Source of the DNA: Octopus bimaculoides
Lineage: Eukaryota
Reading direction: 5' to 3'
NCBI RefSeq assembly: GCF_001194135.2
Contig: NC_068983.1
Location: 29,203,511 to 29,267,510, forward strand
DNA length: 64,000 nt
This document shows, in pieces, positions 51,703 to 64,000 of this stretch. Below the pieces are notes generated by a model. The model was not told the DNA's origin and searched no databases. It saw only the letters and a list, made by a program, of their open reading frames with translations. The position numbers and the translations under genes were made by a program. How positions within the stretch are numbered: position 1 is the stretch's first letter; the number at the start of each line of letters is the position of its first letter.

Positions 51703-52749
51703 CTACACCAATTATGCTGTAAAAATAAAGATATGCAGATGTATTAGTCTCTGTATTTATTGTACGATTGCCTGAAATTCTGAGTGAGAAGACTAGTCGA
51801 TTACATCGATCGAGTGCGTAACTGGTACTTGTTTCATCGATTTCGAAAAGATGAAAGGCAAAGTCGACAGAATTTGAACTCAGAACGTAAAGACGAACGA
51901 AATGTCGCTAAGCATTTTACCCGGAGTGCTAATGATTCTGCCTGCTCGCCGATTTAAGATATCTGGGGGAAAAAGTATTGATATGGGTTTTTGTGATTTT
52001 GGGAAAATCAGAATAAATTTTAAAACTGCTTCTGTAGTTGTCATCTAAACTTTGTCTACACATATAATCTGTTATTTTGTCTGATGAAGTATTCTGTCTA
52101 GAAAAGTTGTTTTTTTTATTTAAACTTCTTTACATTACGCAAATGGATCCTATCTTGTAACAAAGTTTCAGTATTGTAACGATGGCAACCGAATTGATAG
52201 CACATCAGACTAAATATCTTTCGGTATTTAGTTACGTGTCTTTGCATTCTAATTATGAATGTAAGGTCAACTTAGCCTTTCATCCTTTCGAGGCTTTAAA
52301 AAGTAAGTAGTAGTGAAATACAAGGTCGATATAATTGACTATACCCCTACGGTAATTGTTAGGATTTGTTCCAATCTCAGAAACCAATGTGCTGTTGTTC
52401 AACCCTGGGTCAATCCTAACCGATCCCAACCTTTACAGTCGCATTTTATTAACAGGTAATTTTTCCTGTACTACATTATCCAAAGTATCCTTTTTGAAGA
52501 CAGAGAAATTCGGCTGCTATTTCGAGTAAGTCGGGCGACCATGCAGAGGCTCACTTATTTACTCGTAGAAATCAATATGGCAACCTGTGATGTGGTTTTC
52601 TAAACAAATTGTAATTTAGTTGAATAACTTAAACCGAGTTTTCTCATTTCTGTGTCTCTTCTGTTTCCTTTCTTCCATTTATGTTTGCTTGTCTTTAGTG
52701 AGCCACTTCTTTTCAACACAGACGAGCACCAACTGAGATGAAACTGTAA

Positions 52750-52957
52750 GCGGTGCTAAAAAGTTCCTGGCTTTGGGTAAAAGAAAATACAGGAGTATCA
52801 GTTATGATTTTATACAACGTATCCCCCTCTCAGATTCACACATTGCAGCAGTCGGCCCTCAGTTTTTCTAAGCCCTGTAAAAGAACTCAGAAGGTTGGGC
52901 TTCCAACCAGGCCTTTCCCCACACCCTTAAAGCCAGAAAGTCAGCACCCCCTCATAC
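52750..52957. mobile_element. mariner-type MITE
   Basis: Imperfect TIRs GGTGCTAAAAAGTTCCTGGCTTT / AAAGCCAGAAAGTCAGCACC. Confidence 0.55.
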
Positions 52958-52959
52958 AA

Positions 52960-53222
52960 CTGTGGAGAGGACTTAGTTTGTTAGTTTCTTATTTCTTTAT
53001 TGCCCACAAGGGACTGAACATAGAGGGGACAAACAAGGACAGACAAAGGGACTAAGTCGATTACATCGACCCCAGTGCGTAATTGATACTTAATTTATCG
53101 ACCCCGAAAGGATGAAAGGCAAAGTCGACCTCGGCGGAATTTGAACTCAGAACGTAACGGCAGACGAAATACTGCTAAGCATTTCGCCCGGCGTGCTAAC
53201 GTTTCTGTCAGCTCGCCGCCTA
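52960..53222 (-). mobile_element. SINE family B (head GGCGGCGAGCTGGCAGAA, Pol III B-box-like GTTCAAATTCC), young copy
   Basis: Recurs at ~613-775, 6336-6540, 7110-7620 (tandem), 15560-15720, 17735-17900, 34695-34915, 51790-51955, 52190-52390, 59000-59105. Confidence 0.88.
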
Positions 53223-53762
53223 AGTTTGTTAGTTTCGAAGTACGTGGAAACATTTTCGATTCTCTTTTTGACCTAATTTGATCGATATACTAGATATCGC
53301 TCACTTTCAACGACAACTTAATTTTCTGGGTATTGGATTGATGTTTTTGCTTTGTTGGTGAACATCGGTCCTTGCCCAGATGTGCTTTGCAACACTATCA
53401 TTCTTAGTAACGGAACTGATTTATGAGCAGTAATGAAGCGTTGTTATCGCAAACCCCTAACATTTATTAGCAATGAATTGGTTATATATCTATAATACGC
53501 AAAATATTTTAACAATTTCTTTTTTTTTTTAATACAATTACCAATAATATTTAATTCTAAAACTATAATACAATTTATAATACAATCAAATAGCTCTTAG
53601 GGCCCATCCAAGTAAAATAGGAACCAAAGGAGTCTGTAGGTAAGAAATGGACTATTTGTACCAGGTCGAACGACAGCGTCGCTATATTGGCCAAATTGCA
53701 AGTTTTATAGAAACTATATATTTTCAATTTCTTGGTAATCAATCTCGTTTTATGAGCGCGCG

Positions 53763-53800
<38 letters not shown>

Positions 53801-54250
53801 NNNNNNNNNNNNNNNNNNNNNNNNNNNNNNNNNNNNNNNNNNNNNNNNNNNNNNNNNNNNNNNNNNNNNNNNNNNNNNNNNNNNNNNNNNNNNNNNNNNN
53901 NNNNNNNNNNNNNNNNNNNNNNNNNNNNNNNNNNNNNNNNNNNNNNNNNNNNNNNNNNNNNNNNNNNNNNNNNNNNNNNNNNNNNNNNNNNNNNNNNNNN
54001 NNNNNNNNNNNNNNNNNNNNNNNNNNNNNNNNNNNNNNNNNNNNNNNNNNNNNNNNNNNNNNNNNNNNNNNNNNNNNNNNNNNNNNNNNNNNNNNNNNNN
54101 NNNNNNNNNNNNNNNNNNNNNNNNNNNNNNNNNNNNNNNNNNNNNNNNNNNNNNNNNNNNNNNNNNNNNNNNNNNNNNNNNNNNNNNNNNNNNNNNNNNN
54201 NNNNNNNNNNNNNNNNNNNNNNNNNNNNNNNNNNNNNNNNNNNNNNNNNG

Positions 54251-54631
54251 TACAACATGTCTCCCCGATCCGGACAAGCGGAAGAGTCTGTGCCGCACAG
54301 AGCGGTGTTCAAATATGAATGGAGGTATCCCAGTAAGACGCCGGAGTTCTGCGAGGAAGAGAAGGGACCCGCCGGCGTGAAAGTAGGGGAGGAAGTTTGG
54401 GTCAAGCCGCCGAAGGCACGCTGCACATCACAATGGGGCAGGGGAACAGTGACAGCGGTTAATTCCAGAAACAATGTATCTGTGGATGGAATGCCGCGTC
54501 ACGTGCTGGACCTGCGCAGGATAGCCACTTCGTCGGATGAAGAGCACAATGGAAACGAGCCACCTGGCTTGAGAAGATCTCGACGTGTACGGCGCCCGCC
54601 CGGTTGGATGGCGGACTTCGAATTGGAGTAG
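54251..54631 (+). mobile_element. Gypsy/Ty3-type LTR retrotransposon: C-terminus of pol (integrase tail)
   Basis: YNMSPRSGQ...KVGEEVWVKPP...W.RGTV...RHVLDLRR...LRRSRRVRRPPGWMADF resembles Gypsy integrase C-termini; ORF is followed directly by a polypurine tract. Confidence 0.8.
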
Positions 54632-54961
54632 GGGTGAACGTGATCTTTAAGATCAGGGTGGCGTGTGGTATGACGCCAGTGTCTGGGGAGGCTGACCGGA
54701 ATGGTGAGTTGACCGGAAGAGGAAAAAGGGCAGAGGGAGCCTCGATCGGGATTCGTGCCCTTTTCGAACGGGGTTGTGGACAGGACAAGACGTGGCTAGT
54801 GACGGTCGAGGTTTGGGTCGGGGCAAGCTTCAAGGATCGGATACCGCAAGACAGACTCGCAGTCGACGAAAGGAAAACCGAGGTAAGGCGATTACATCTA
54901 TTCGCACGCATACACCACAGTTATATTTCTGCTACTTTTAAATAAAGTATATATATATGCA
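54625..54961 (+). mobile_element. Polypurine tract (54625-54634) and 3' LTR of the Gypsy element; right boundary uncertain
   Basis: GGAGTAGGGG then TG at 54635; GC/CpG-rich U3-like segment, AATAAA at ~54941, possible CA end at 54960-54961. Confidence 0.6.
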
Positions 54962-55799
54962 TTTATATATGAGAAATATGTGTTGATAAAAGAAATCTTA
55001 TTGTCCGTAAAATCAAACTGAAGCAGTTTAGTGGCAAAAAGTGATAACATACTTAATGTAATGAGCCAAAAATGTTTCACTAATTAAAATCAGTTTCGAG
55101 CCTACGCACTTCCACAGAAATCATTAGTTAATGATTAACTCCGAACTATAAAGGTAGGGGAGACAACTTCGAAACTTAAATCTAATTCAAGTGGGTAAGC
55201 AGTGGGGTTAAGCTCGAACTTAAATAAGTAGAGACAACTTTTATCATATTTTAGCTTTATTGAACCTCGTCAGCATAGCATAAGCTTTACTCTAGCCATT
55301 CAACCCATTTTGTCGAGTCTTGTTCACATATTTAATATATAAAAATCACTGCTTTTTAGAAATAATTATGCGATGAGGAAAACAAGATATAATTCAATAA
55401 TTAAATATCATATATCGAAGAAGAATGTTATTTTCAGTTTTCCGGCAAGTATAGGAAACAACTCTCAACATTTCTCAATTTTTCTGACCTCATCAGCGAA
55501 ACATAAGCTTTACTGTAACTGCCGAAGTTGTGTCGACTATAAAAATCAGCATATTTCTTTAAAAATTATTACTAAAAAAATTACTCAACCGCGAGCATGT
55601 GAAAACAAGTTAAGTTAGTGTTATATACGATGGACGTATAGAGAATACATGATTCGAAGTCGCTATCAGCATTAAAAACAATAGTGAAAATAGTTATCGA
55701 ATATGCACCTCACCTTTTCCTGTTTTTTAGAAAAAAAAATTTAATGGAGATAATGATTTTTCGGATCTTTGGGGTTAGGGTTAGGGTTAGGGTAAGAGT

Positions 55800-56070
55800 T
55801 ATTTTTCATCAAAATACAGCTTTTCAAAATTTTAATTCAAATCCCATCTCGTTTGTTTCTAACTTAATTTTTTTTTTAATTTCATGTTTTAAAATACGAA
55901 AATAACAATTCTTAAATAAATTAAATGGAGAAAATGAATTTTTCACATCAAAAAACAGCTTTTCAAAATTTTAATTCAAATCCCAATTCTTTTGTTTCGA
56001 ACTTGATTTTTTTTTTTTTTCACGTTTTGAAATACGAAAGTAACAACTTTTTAAAATTTAATTTTTAAAA
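55800..56070. repeat. Local tandem duplication of ~140 bp
   Basis: CATCAAAA.ACAGCTTTTCAAAATTTTAATTCAAATCCC...AAATACGAAA.TAACAA occurs twice in succession. Confidence 0.75.
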
Positions 56071-56449
56071 ATCCCCCCTTTCTCTCCCTCTCCCGTCTTT
56101 CAGAATACACGCCTGCCTGTCACCAACCTTCTGGAAGTTTTCAAACTCGTCTGTTCATTTGCGCAGACATAGATGCATGCAGAACAATAAGGCAGCAGAC
56201 GACACGAGGAAAGAAGCCATTGCATGGTCGCTTGTCTTCCTAGAAATAACAGCCAAATCTCCCTCAAACCACACACCTCTAACATCTTAATAAAAAATGC
56301 AAAAACACATTGGAGAATGTAATCAAAGACGTTAACATGCAGTTTACCGTTATAAAAAGAGTGAAAGTAAATTGTTCTAAAAAAAATGAAGGTGAATTGC
56401 GATAGGAGCTGAAAATGACGATAGTAATCCCATAGTTTCATGACAACCT

Positions 56450-56860
56450 CTTTTACTCTGTTACTTGTTTCAGTCATTTAACTGTGGCCATTCTGGAGCA
56501 CCGCCTTTAGTCGAGCAAATCGACCCCAAGACTTATTCTTTGTAAGCCTAGTACTTATTCTATCGGTCTCTTTTGCCGGACTGCTAAGTTACGGGGACGT
56601 AAACATACCAGCATCGGTTGTCAAGCGATGTTCGGGGGACAAGCACAGACACACAGACACACAAACATATATAAACACACACATATACATACATATACAT
56701 ATATACGACGGGCTTCTTTCAGTTTCCGCCTACCAAATCCACTCACAAGGCTTTGGTCGGCCTGAGGCTATAGTAGAAGACACTTGCCCAAGGTGCCACG
56801 CAGTGGGACTGAACCCGGAACCATGTGGTTGCTAAGCAAGCTACTTACCACACAGCCATT
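56450..56860 (-). mobile_element. SINE family A (tRNA-like head, internal TA/CA microsatellite), best-preserved copy
   Basis: Same sequence recurs at ~1880-2112, 10415-10875, 16150-16515, 27170-27375, 28265-28682, 30100-30960, 32205-32715, 33820-34300, 36300-36690, 42070-42335, 44640-44970, 46065-46560, 50590-50820, 57705-58932, 59170-59365. Confidence 0.88.
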
Positions 56861-59682
56861 TTATATAAGACGAAAATAATCGCATTTAGTGAAAAACAAA
56901 GAAGATATTGAGACACGAAGCGAGACACTCGTGAATAGTTTTTAACATCTATGGTTTCTTTTTAAAAAGTTTCTCTAAATTTCTTTCCAGTTTTATTGTC
57001 GTTACCTCCAGTTTTTTTAATTCGTTTACTTCGCATTGCACTTTCATTTTTGTTAAATCCTAAAACAGGATATAACTATTTCTTCCCATTAGAAAAAATA
57101 CAAAACTGAAGGTTACTTATACAATAGAATAATCTGAATATAATTAAGAGATTTGCGCTTTTAGAATAGAAATAGTACAAGTGTTGACAAACATTACCTA
57201 CTTAGTAAACGCACTAAATGTGGAGATTAGATTAGACAATGTTAAGGGATTTTCCTTTCATAAATTTATACCCCAAGATAACATCGGCAACACTTCATAA
57301 AACATGCAAGACCACGTTTGAAAAATGAATAGCAAATAGACACATTAAAGAGAACAAAGAATAAAGACTAGAGCGGTACTTTTGAGATTCCTAATGTTTT
57401 CTTTACTTAGTAATATAGGCACGAAGCTTGAGATTTTGAGGAAAGGGATATTAACTGATTAAATTTGTGCTTCGCTGAGGAGGTCAAATTAAGTAGAAGC
57501 ATGTGAAGAGTTGTCTCCCGTTCTTGCCAAACTGATAAAAATTTATTTTTGCCGATTTTGAGAGACAACTTTCAATGTCTCGATTCTATGAGTCATTGAG
57601 CTCTAAATTTTTTTTTTCCTCTTTCTTTTTTATCATAGCACGGATGCCGGAATGTGTGTTTGTAAGCGCAGGCAACAGAAGCAATATTTTCTACTTTATA
57701 TTAAACTCTTTTACTTGTTTCAGTCATTTGACTGTGGCCATGCTGGAGCACCGCCTTTAGTCGAAGAAATCGACTCCAGGACTTATTCTTTCTAAGCCTA
57801 GTACTTATTTTATCGGTCACTTTTGCCAAACCGCTAAGTTACGGGGACGTAAACACACCAGCATCGATTGTCAAGCTATATTGGGGGACAAACATAGACA
57901 CACAATCATACNNNNNNNNNNNNNNNNNNNNNNNNNNNNNNNNNNNNNNNNNNNNNNNNNNNNNNNNNNNNNNNNNNNNNNNNNNNNNNNNNNNNNNNNN
58001 NNNNNNNNNNNNNNNNNNNNNNNNNNNNNNNNNNNNNNNNNNNNNNNNNNNNNNNNNNNNNNNNNNNNNNNNNNNNNNNNNNNNNNNNNNNNNNNNNNNN
58101 NNNNNNNNNNNNNNNNNNNNNNNNNNNNNNNNNNNNNNNNNNNNNNNNNNNNNNNNNNNNNNNNNNNNNNNNNNNNNNNNNNNNNNNNNNNNNNNNNNNN
58201 NNNNNNNNNNNNNNNNNNNNNNNNNNNNNNNNNNNNNNNNNNNNNNNNNNNNNNNNNNNNNNNNNNNNNNNNNNNNNNNNNNNNNNNNNNNNNNNNNNNN
58301 NNNNNNNNNNNNNNNNNNNNNNNNNNNNNNNNNNNNNNNNNNNNNNNNNNNNNNNNNNNNNNNNNNNNNNNNNNNNNNNNNNNNNNNNNNNNNNNNNNNN
58401 NNNNNNNNNNNNNNNNNNNNNNNNNNNNNNNNNNNNNNNNNNNNNNNNNNNNNNNNNNNNNNNNNNNNNNNNNNNNNNNNNNNNNNNNNNNNNNNNNNNN
58501 NNNNNNNNNNNNNNNNNNNNNNNNNNNNNNNNNNNNNNNNNNNNNNNNNNNNNNNNNNNNNNNNNNNNNNNNNNNNNNNNNNNNNNNNNNNNNNNNNNNN
58601 NNNNNNNNNNNNNNNNNNNNNNNNNNNNNNNNNNNNNNNNNNNNNNNNNNNNNNNNNNNNNNNNNNNNNNNNNNNNNNNNNNNNNNNNNNNNNNNNNNNN
58701 NNNNNNNNNNNNNNNNNNNNNNNNNNNNNNNNNNNNNNNNNNNNNNNNNATATATATATATATATATATATACATATATACGACGGGCTTCTTTCAGTTT
58801 CCGTCTACCAAATCCACTCACAAGGCTTTGGTCGGCCCGAGGCTATAGTAGAAGACACTTGCCCAAGATGCCACGCAGTGGGACTGAACCCGGGACCATG
58901 TGGTTGGTAAGCAAGCTACTTACCACACAGCCACTCCTATTCATATTTTGTTTAAGATACAACGTGTGGCTTTGCTATCTCTTGCACGATGAGAAGTCAT
59001 AATTAAGTACCAGTTACGCACTGGGTCGATGTAATCGACTTAATCGCTTTGTCTGCCCTTGTTTGTCCCCTATGTGTGTAGCCCCTTGTAGGCAGTAAAG
59101 AAATAGGAAACTATGCGGAAGTTCGTCGCGCGTGCGCGTGTACGTGTGTATGCGCGCGCGTGTATTTATGTGCGAGTGAGCGTGTGTGTTTCTTGGACAA
59201 TCGGCGTGGGTTTGTTTACGTCCTCATAAACCGGTTCGGCAAAAATAGACCGATAGAATAAGTACCAGACTTACGATAAATACTGGAGTCGACTTGACCG
59301 ATTAAACCCTCCGAGGTTTTGCCCCAGCATGGCCGCAGTACTATGATTGAAACATGTAAAAGAATGTATACCCGCCGCATTACATATACTCAATCACGAG
59401 AAATTGATATTTTCTTCAATATAATTTTTTTTATCGTTTCATCTTGGTGGGAGGTCTAAAAAATAAGTTCATAGAATTTTTTTTTCTAAATCGTTGTGGG
59501 GTTGAGTTCTTTAGAAAGGTACTTCACTCTGCTTGCCTAATAAAAGACTATTAGCAACAGGCGAGTGCCCTATTCAGGAGGAATATTTCCCTATCATTTA
59601 CTTAAAATTTATCAGTAGGAACATCAAATGCAGACTGTTTGTAACTACACGTTGTTACATAAATAGATTAATAAATAAATAA

Positions 59683-59727
<45 letters not shown>

Positions 59728-62700
59728 TAATTCGTTTTATTGGCCACAAAATAATCTTGATATGAGATCACCATGTCGCGCACATATGGTTGTGATGCAT
59801 GTGCTTGGTGTGCCCTTATCAGACGGGTAGTCATGATGGGTATACTGGGCTTCGTATATTTTACCCCAGTGTCACTTTGATGGCATGCACTGCTCTCTCA
59901 CTCAATAATAATAATAATAATAATAATAACAATAATAATAATCAAATATGAATATATGATTTTGTCGACTGCCTTCTAATGCCGTGAGTGAAGGTGATTT
60001 ATCTTAACGAAACAATGTTCATTGAGAGACCGACAGACAGACAGACAGACAAAGACAGACAGACAGACAGACAGACAAAGACAGACAGACAGACAAAGAC
60101 AGAGAGACAGGGAGAGAGAGTGATGGGTAGATAGATAGATAGATAGATAGACAAACACATATTCAAAATTAATCACTGATAATTCTTAGCTGAACGAGGG
60201 GTATTAATTCTTTTTCAACATTTTTTATTTTTGATTAAAAAAATGAGATGTGACAATTTTTTCGACTCTAAACTTAAAACATTTGACATTATAAGGCGGG
60301 AAGAAAGTTATATTTTATACTTTGAATATAATCAGTGGTGATTTCGACTAAGTGATGTTGCTGGATGCAGAATATTTTTCCTTTCTTATAAATACATTGT
60401 TTAATAATTATAATTTAAAAGTTAATAAGCTTGTTTCGTTTAGCACTAAACCCGGTATACTCACATTAGATAAAAGTCTCTTTAAAATAAAAAAAAATTA
60501 ACTATTTTAAAAATTTAAATTTAATTTCTAAAAAAAAAAAAATGAAATTCTGAAGATAAGAATATGCCGGTAGAAAGATAATTTTGAAAACAATTAGTAG
60601 CAGTAATCAACTAAAAATATTCCTCTAAGTTAATAACGGTTGCTAAACAGGAATTATTGAGTTTATTCTTAGCGAAGCTGTGCCATTATTGAGCTGTTGT
60701 ATGTGAGAGAGGAATTGCATTGAAGGCGAGCTGTGTTTATATTTCGCTTACTAATAGCATACTATTGTTATAAAATAATAGTAGCTTGTTTTTGTGTAAT
60801 TTTTTTTTTAAACGAGAGAAAAACGATGACAGAAAAAAATTTCAGAAATCCAAGGGGGAAATTATCGTTCTCATTGGCTGTAGAGGACAAATGAACTGCT
60901 AAGATTTTTATCTGCTAGCAGACATTTCCTGGCGGAGCGAGTACTTTTGTCGCTTAGTTGCCATCACTTAGTCTGCTACCAAGTCAATCGATACAACTGG
61001 CTGAGAGAAGGATACTCTTTGACTTTCCAACATTAGCGACAACAGATTTTATAATTCCAACTGAAGTTAAATTTAAGTTGAATAAAAACGATTTAAAATT
61101 TTTTAAAATTTTAAACTGAAAATTTAAAATTTTAAATTCGTTCATTCTAAATTCTAAACTTACAATTTAATTGATTTTTTTTTTTTACACTTTAATGTCA
61201 TTCTACAAATGTACTCATTCTTTCTCTTCTTCCCTTTTCACAATCTTTGCGTTAAACTTTTTCGTTTTATTTTAGTTTTGTTTTAGCTGTGGGGGTATTT
61301 TTTAAAACTAAATTAACGAAAAATTTTAGGTTTTTTTCTTTGTTACACACTTTTAAGTTTATTTTTATTTCTAAAAATTTACCGTTTGTTTTCTTTTTAG
61401 TCAAGACTTATTGTTATTTTATTTATTTTTAAACAGAGTTTAAAATAAAATAAAGATACAGATACAACAGATTCGGTACTGAACAAAATCCGCGAAAGAA
61501 AATTTTAGCGGGAGTGATGAAGAAGGAAGAAAAAGCACTAGACATGGTTGTACTGCAGCCGAGGTGGGGTAGTATTCACTATCTCCTATACCACCTACAT
61601 ATGCCAACTCACACACACACGTACTCGTATATGTCCATATACATGTATCTGTGTGCTAAACCTTGAATCTAACTGGTTACTATATATATATTTCCATTCA
61701 GAATTCCCACCTCACTCATTCACTAACAACCACTATATTCATTATTCGCTGTTTACTATATTATATTTTCTATTCTCATTGAGTGTAGTGTGTTAACATA
61801 TCAGCGAGTCGAGCTTACGTACTCGGTTTCGATTCCTACTCATTAATTATTTGATTTCACATGTGTTTATGATGTGTTTTTGAGTTGGGTTTTTTTTTCC
61901 TGTTTCACAGTTCTCATTTATTTTATCTTATAAATTTAAGGTGTTGAGCCTATGCAGGAAATTAATAATATAAAAACACCCTTTTCGAACAGAAAGGCAC
62001 ACATCATGTAAAATTTCATTGCAATTTAGCAAAGTATATATAATTTTACTATCACAAATTTGATTGTGTCTATACATAAAGAAATATATTTTCGATAAAA
62101 ACATAAGGTGACGCGAGTTTGGTCCTCCAACACGATTTTTTAAATAAAAAATAATAGTAAAGGTTTTAATTTTGAACAATTTTCACTAGACGTAACAGCG
62201 TAATACATTGTCAACAAGCGTACCTCTAAAAAGAGGTTACCCTGGTCACTCTGCCGGAAATAGCAGCCAAATTTTTCCTTCGATTCACACCCAACGACAC
62301 AACCTAGTCCTTGATATACAAAATGACGAGGGAGTCACGGTTGGAATACTTTTGATCATAAGTCCTAGAGATACTAAGTTTATAAAAAAAAACATTGTTT
62401 TGGCTCGAATAAAAAAAAAACTGAGTGTTCCAACAAAGACTAGCCAATCTGTGTCTTTTAGGCATCGTATACCCGACCTAATGTATTTTTCCATTTCTTT
62501 TTAAACAATAATATGGTTTGAGAGAAATCTTCGCTGCCTTTTTTAGCAGGCAAGATGACTGCATAAAGGCTGTTTTGTGAACTCGTTATGTGCTTGTTTA
62601 CTTGCAGATCAACACTAATCGAACTATGATTAAATGCGTTCCAACCGTAACCGTCACCTCTTATTATATGTATCTGGGAGTACATGGTATTATTTGAAGG

Positions 62701-63798
62701 GAATTTTGGTTGCTTTTCCTAACGCATGCCGTGGATTGTTGTCAATAAATAAATTTATAAGCCCTTGTTCAATGCTTTGCTCGAGAACCTATAACGCTGT
62801 TAAGACTGTCTAGATTAACCTTTTTTTTTTCTTTTAAGATGAAAAGGTGTGATTTGAGGGAGAATTGGCTAGTGTTTCTAGCAAATAGAGTGGCTATGTA
62901 GAGACTCTCACTTCAGCTTGTTTTCTGAAGGTTTTTTCAGCCAAAACGTGGCAAAAATTACGAAGATGGATATACATTCAGAAACATCGGAGCCCGACAG
63001 ATTCTGTACCTTTGCGTTTAATATTAGTGATGTGCATCCTAGTATAAAGATTTCCTTTTGTCTTAATACTAATTAATAGTGTAGCGTGGATTTTAGCCAC
63101 CTGTACGGTCGCCAAATTTGTTTAACTCGATTCCTTTAAGGTAACTCTTCGGCGACTACAACAACACAGTCTGCACACCTAACGCTTGGTCACTGGCTGT
63201 GATGGTGGGTCAGTTCTGATTTAATGGGAGGTCAGTTGTTTTTATTTACAGGAAATCTGTCACTGCTTTTCTTTCTTTATTGAAAAGGATTAATAGAAAA
63301 CAATTCCATAAGGTGTAATGTTGTTCAACCCCAGGTCAACCCTAGTCGAGCAGGCATATGATCAAAGGCCTTACAGTTGTGACTCATATTTTTCCTATAT
63401 GCGAGGACTTCAATATAACTATCCCACGTGTCTTATTTTACTGTAGGCTGTGATTTAAGGGTGATTTAACTGCTATTTCCAGTAGACAGCGACTCCGTTG
63501 AGGCTCCTTCGTTGACTCGTTTATTACATAGCTGTGTATGTATAGTCATGTGTGTCTATATTTGTGTGTGTGTGTGTGTGTAGGTATAGTTGTGAATGTG
63601 GAGATATTGTGTATGTGTACAAATATAGTTGTGTGTGCGTATGGGTATAGTTGCGTATGTGTGGATATAGTTGCGTACGTACGTGAGTATAGCTGTGCAT
63701 GTGTAGATTTGTGTTGTGTGTATAGGTACAGCTGCATATAAGTGTAAGTATAGTTGTATAAATGTGTGTGCGTGTGTGTTGCTATAAATATATAGTTT

Positions 63799-63987
63799 TA
63801 GGGAAAAGAACCAGGGTTCATGAACTCATCGATGAAAATCCACTGTCACATATAGAAAATTATCTTTATCTTATGACATTTACTTTGTATTATATTATAC
63901 TTATTTATTGTGCTTCTACTTATTAATTTTTCTATATGTGACAGTGGATTTCATTGATGAATTCATGAACTTTGGTTCTTTACCCTA
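63799..63987. mobile_element. MITE with ~65-bp inverted arms
   Basis: TAGGGAAAAGAACCAGGGTTCATGAACTCATCGATGAAAATCCACTGTCACATATAGAAAA mirrored at ~63925-63987. Confidence 0.75.
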
Positions 63988-64000
63988 TATATATATATAT

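Noticed and set aside
54459-54945. ORFs 54604-54945 (+) and 54459-54911 (-)
   Set aside because: Overlap the GC-rich LTR, where stops are rare by composition; no recognisable domain.
55771-55796. Chromosome end or telomere fusion
   Set aside because: Only three units, no head-to-head arrangement and ordinary flanks.
20106-59002. Long ORFs made mostly of X or YIYI/HTHT/VCVC runs (e.g. 21587-22537, 31045-31980, 40874-41478, 50764-51365, 57871-59002)
   Set aside because: Artefacts of N-gaps and dinucleotide microsatellites.

Overview
AT-rich, repeat-dense animal genomic DNA with ten N-gaps. The SINE families, microsatellite load and RTE/Gypsy content suggest an octopus; this is inference. Two genes converge tail-to-tail. 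(1) On the + strand lie the last four coding exons of TICRR/treslin (92-533, 2514-2775, 3255-4895, 7642-8774), with consistent splice phases, the Sld3-treslin domain and both TopBP1-binding CDK sites. (2) On the - strand lies a gene I cannot assign to a family, with two phase-compatible exons (24514-24147 and 12629-12409) encoding a helical protein with a two-fold internal repeat; upstream exons near 32.1 kb and 47.8 kb are only candidates. The rest is several SINE families, RTE LINE remnants, the 3' end of a Gypsy LTR element, a piggyBac relic and many MITEs or foldbacks. I found no clearly new multi-gene system. The best leads are the unassigned two-repeat protein, a young Merlin-like foldback with 8-bp target-site duplication (TSD), recurrent SINE-derived snap-back hairpins in introns, a pre-miRNA-like hairpin, an elongated treslin phospho-linker, and a CpG-decay boundary near 45 kb that probably records gene-body methylation. 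One Illumina adapter remnant and one probable gap-overlap artefact are also present. Repeat coordinates are approximate and were read by eye.
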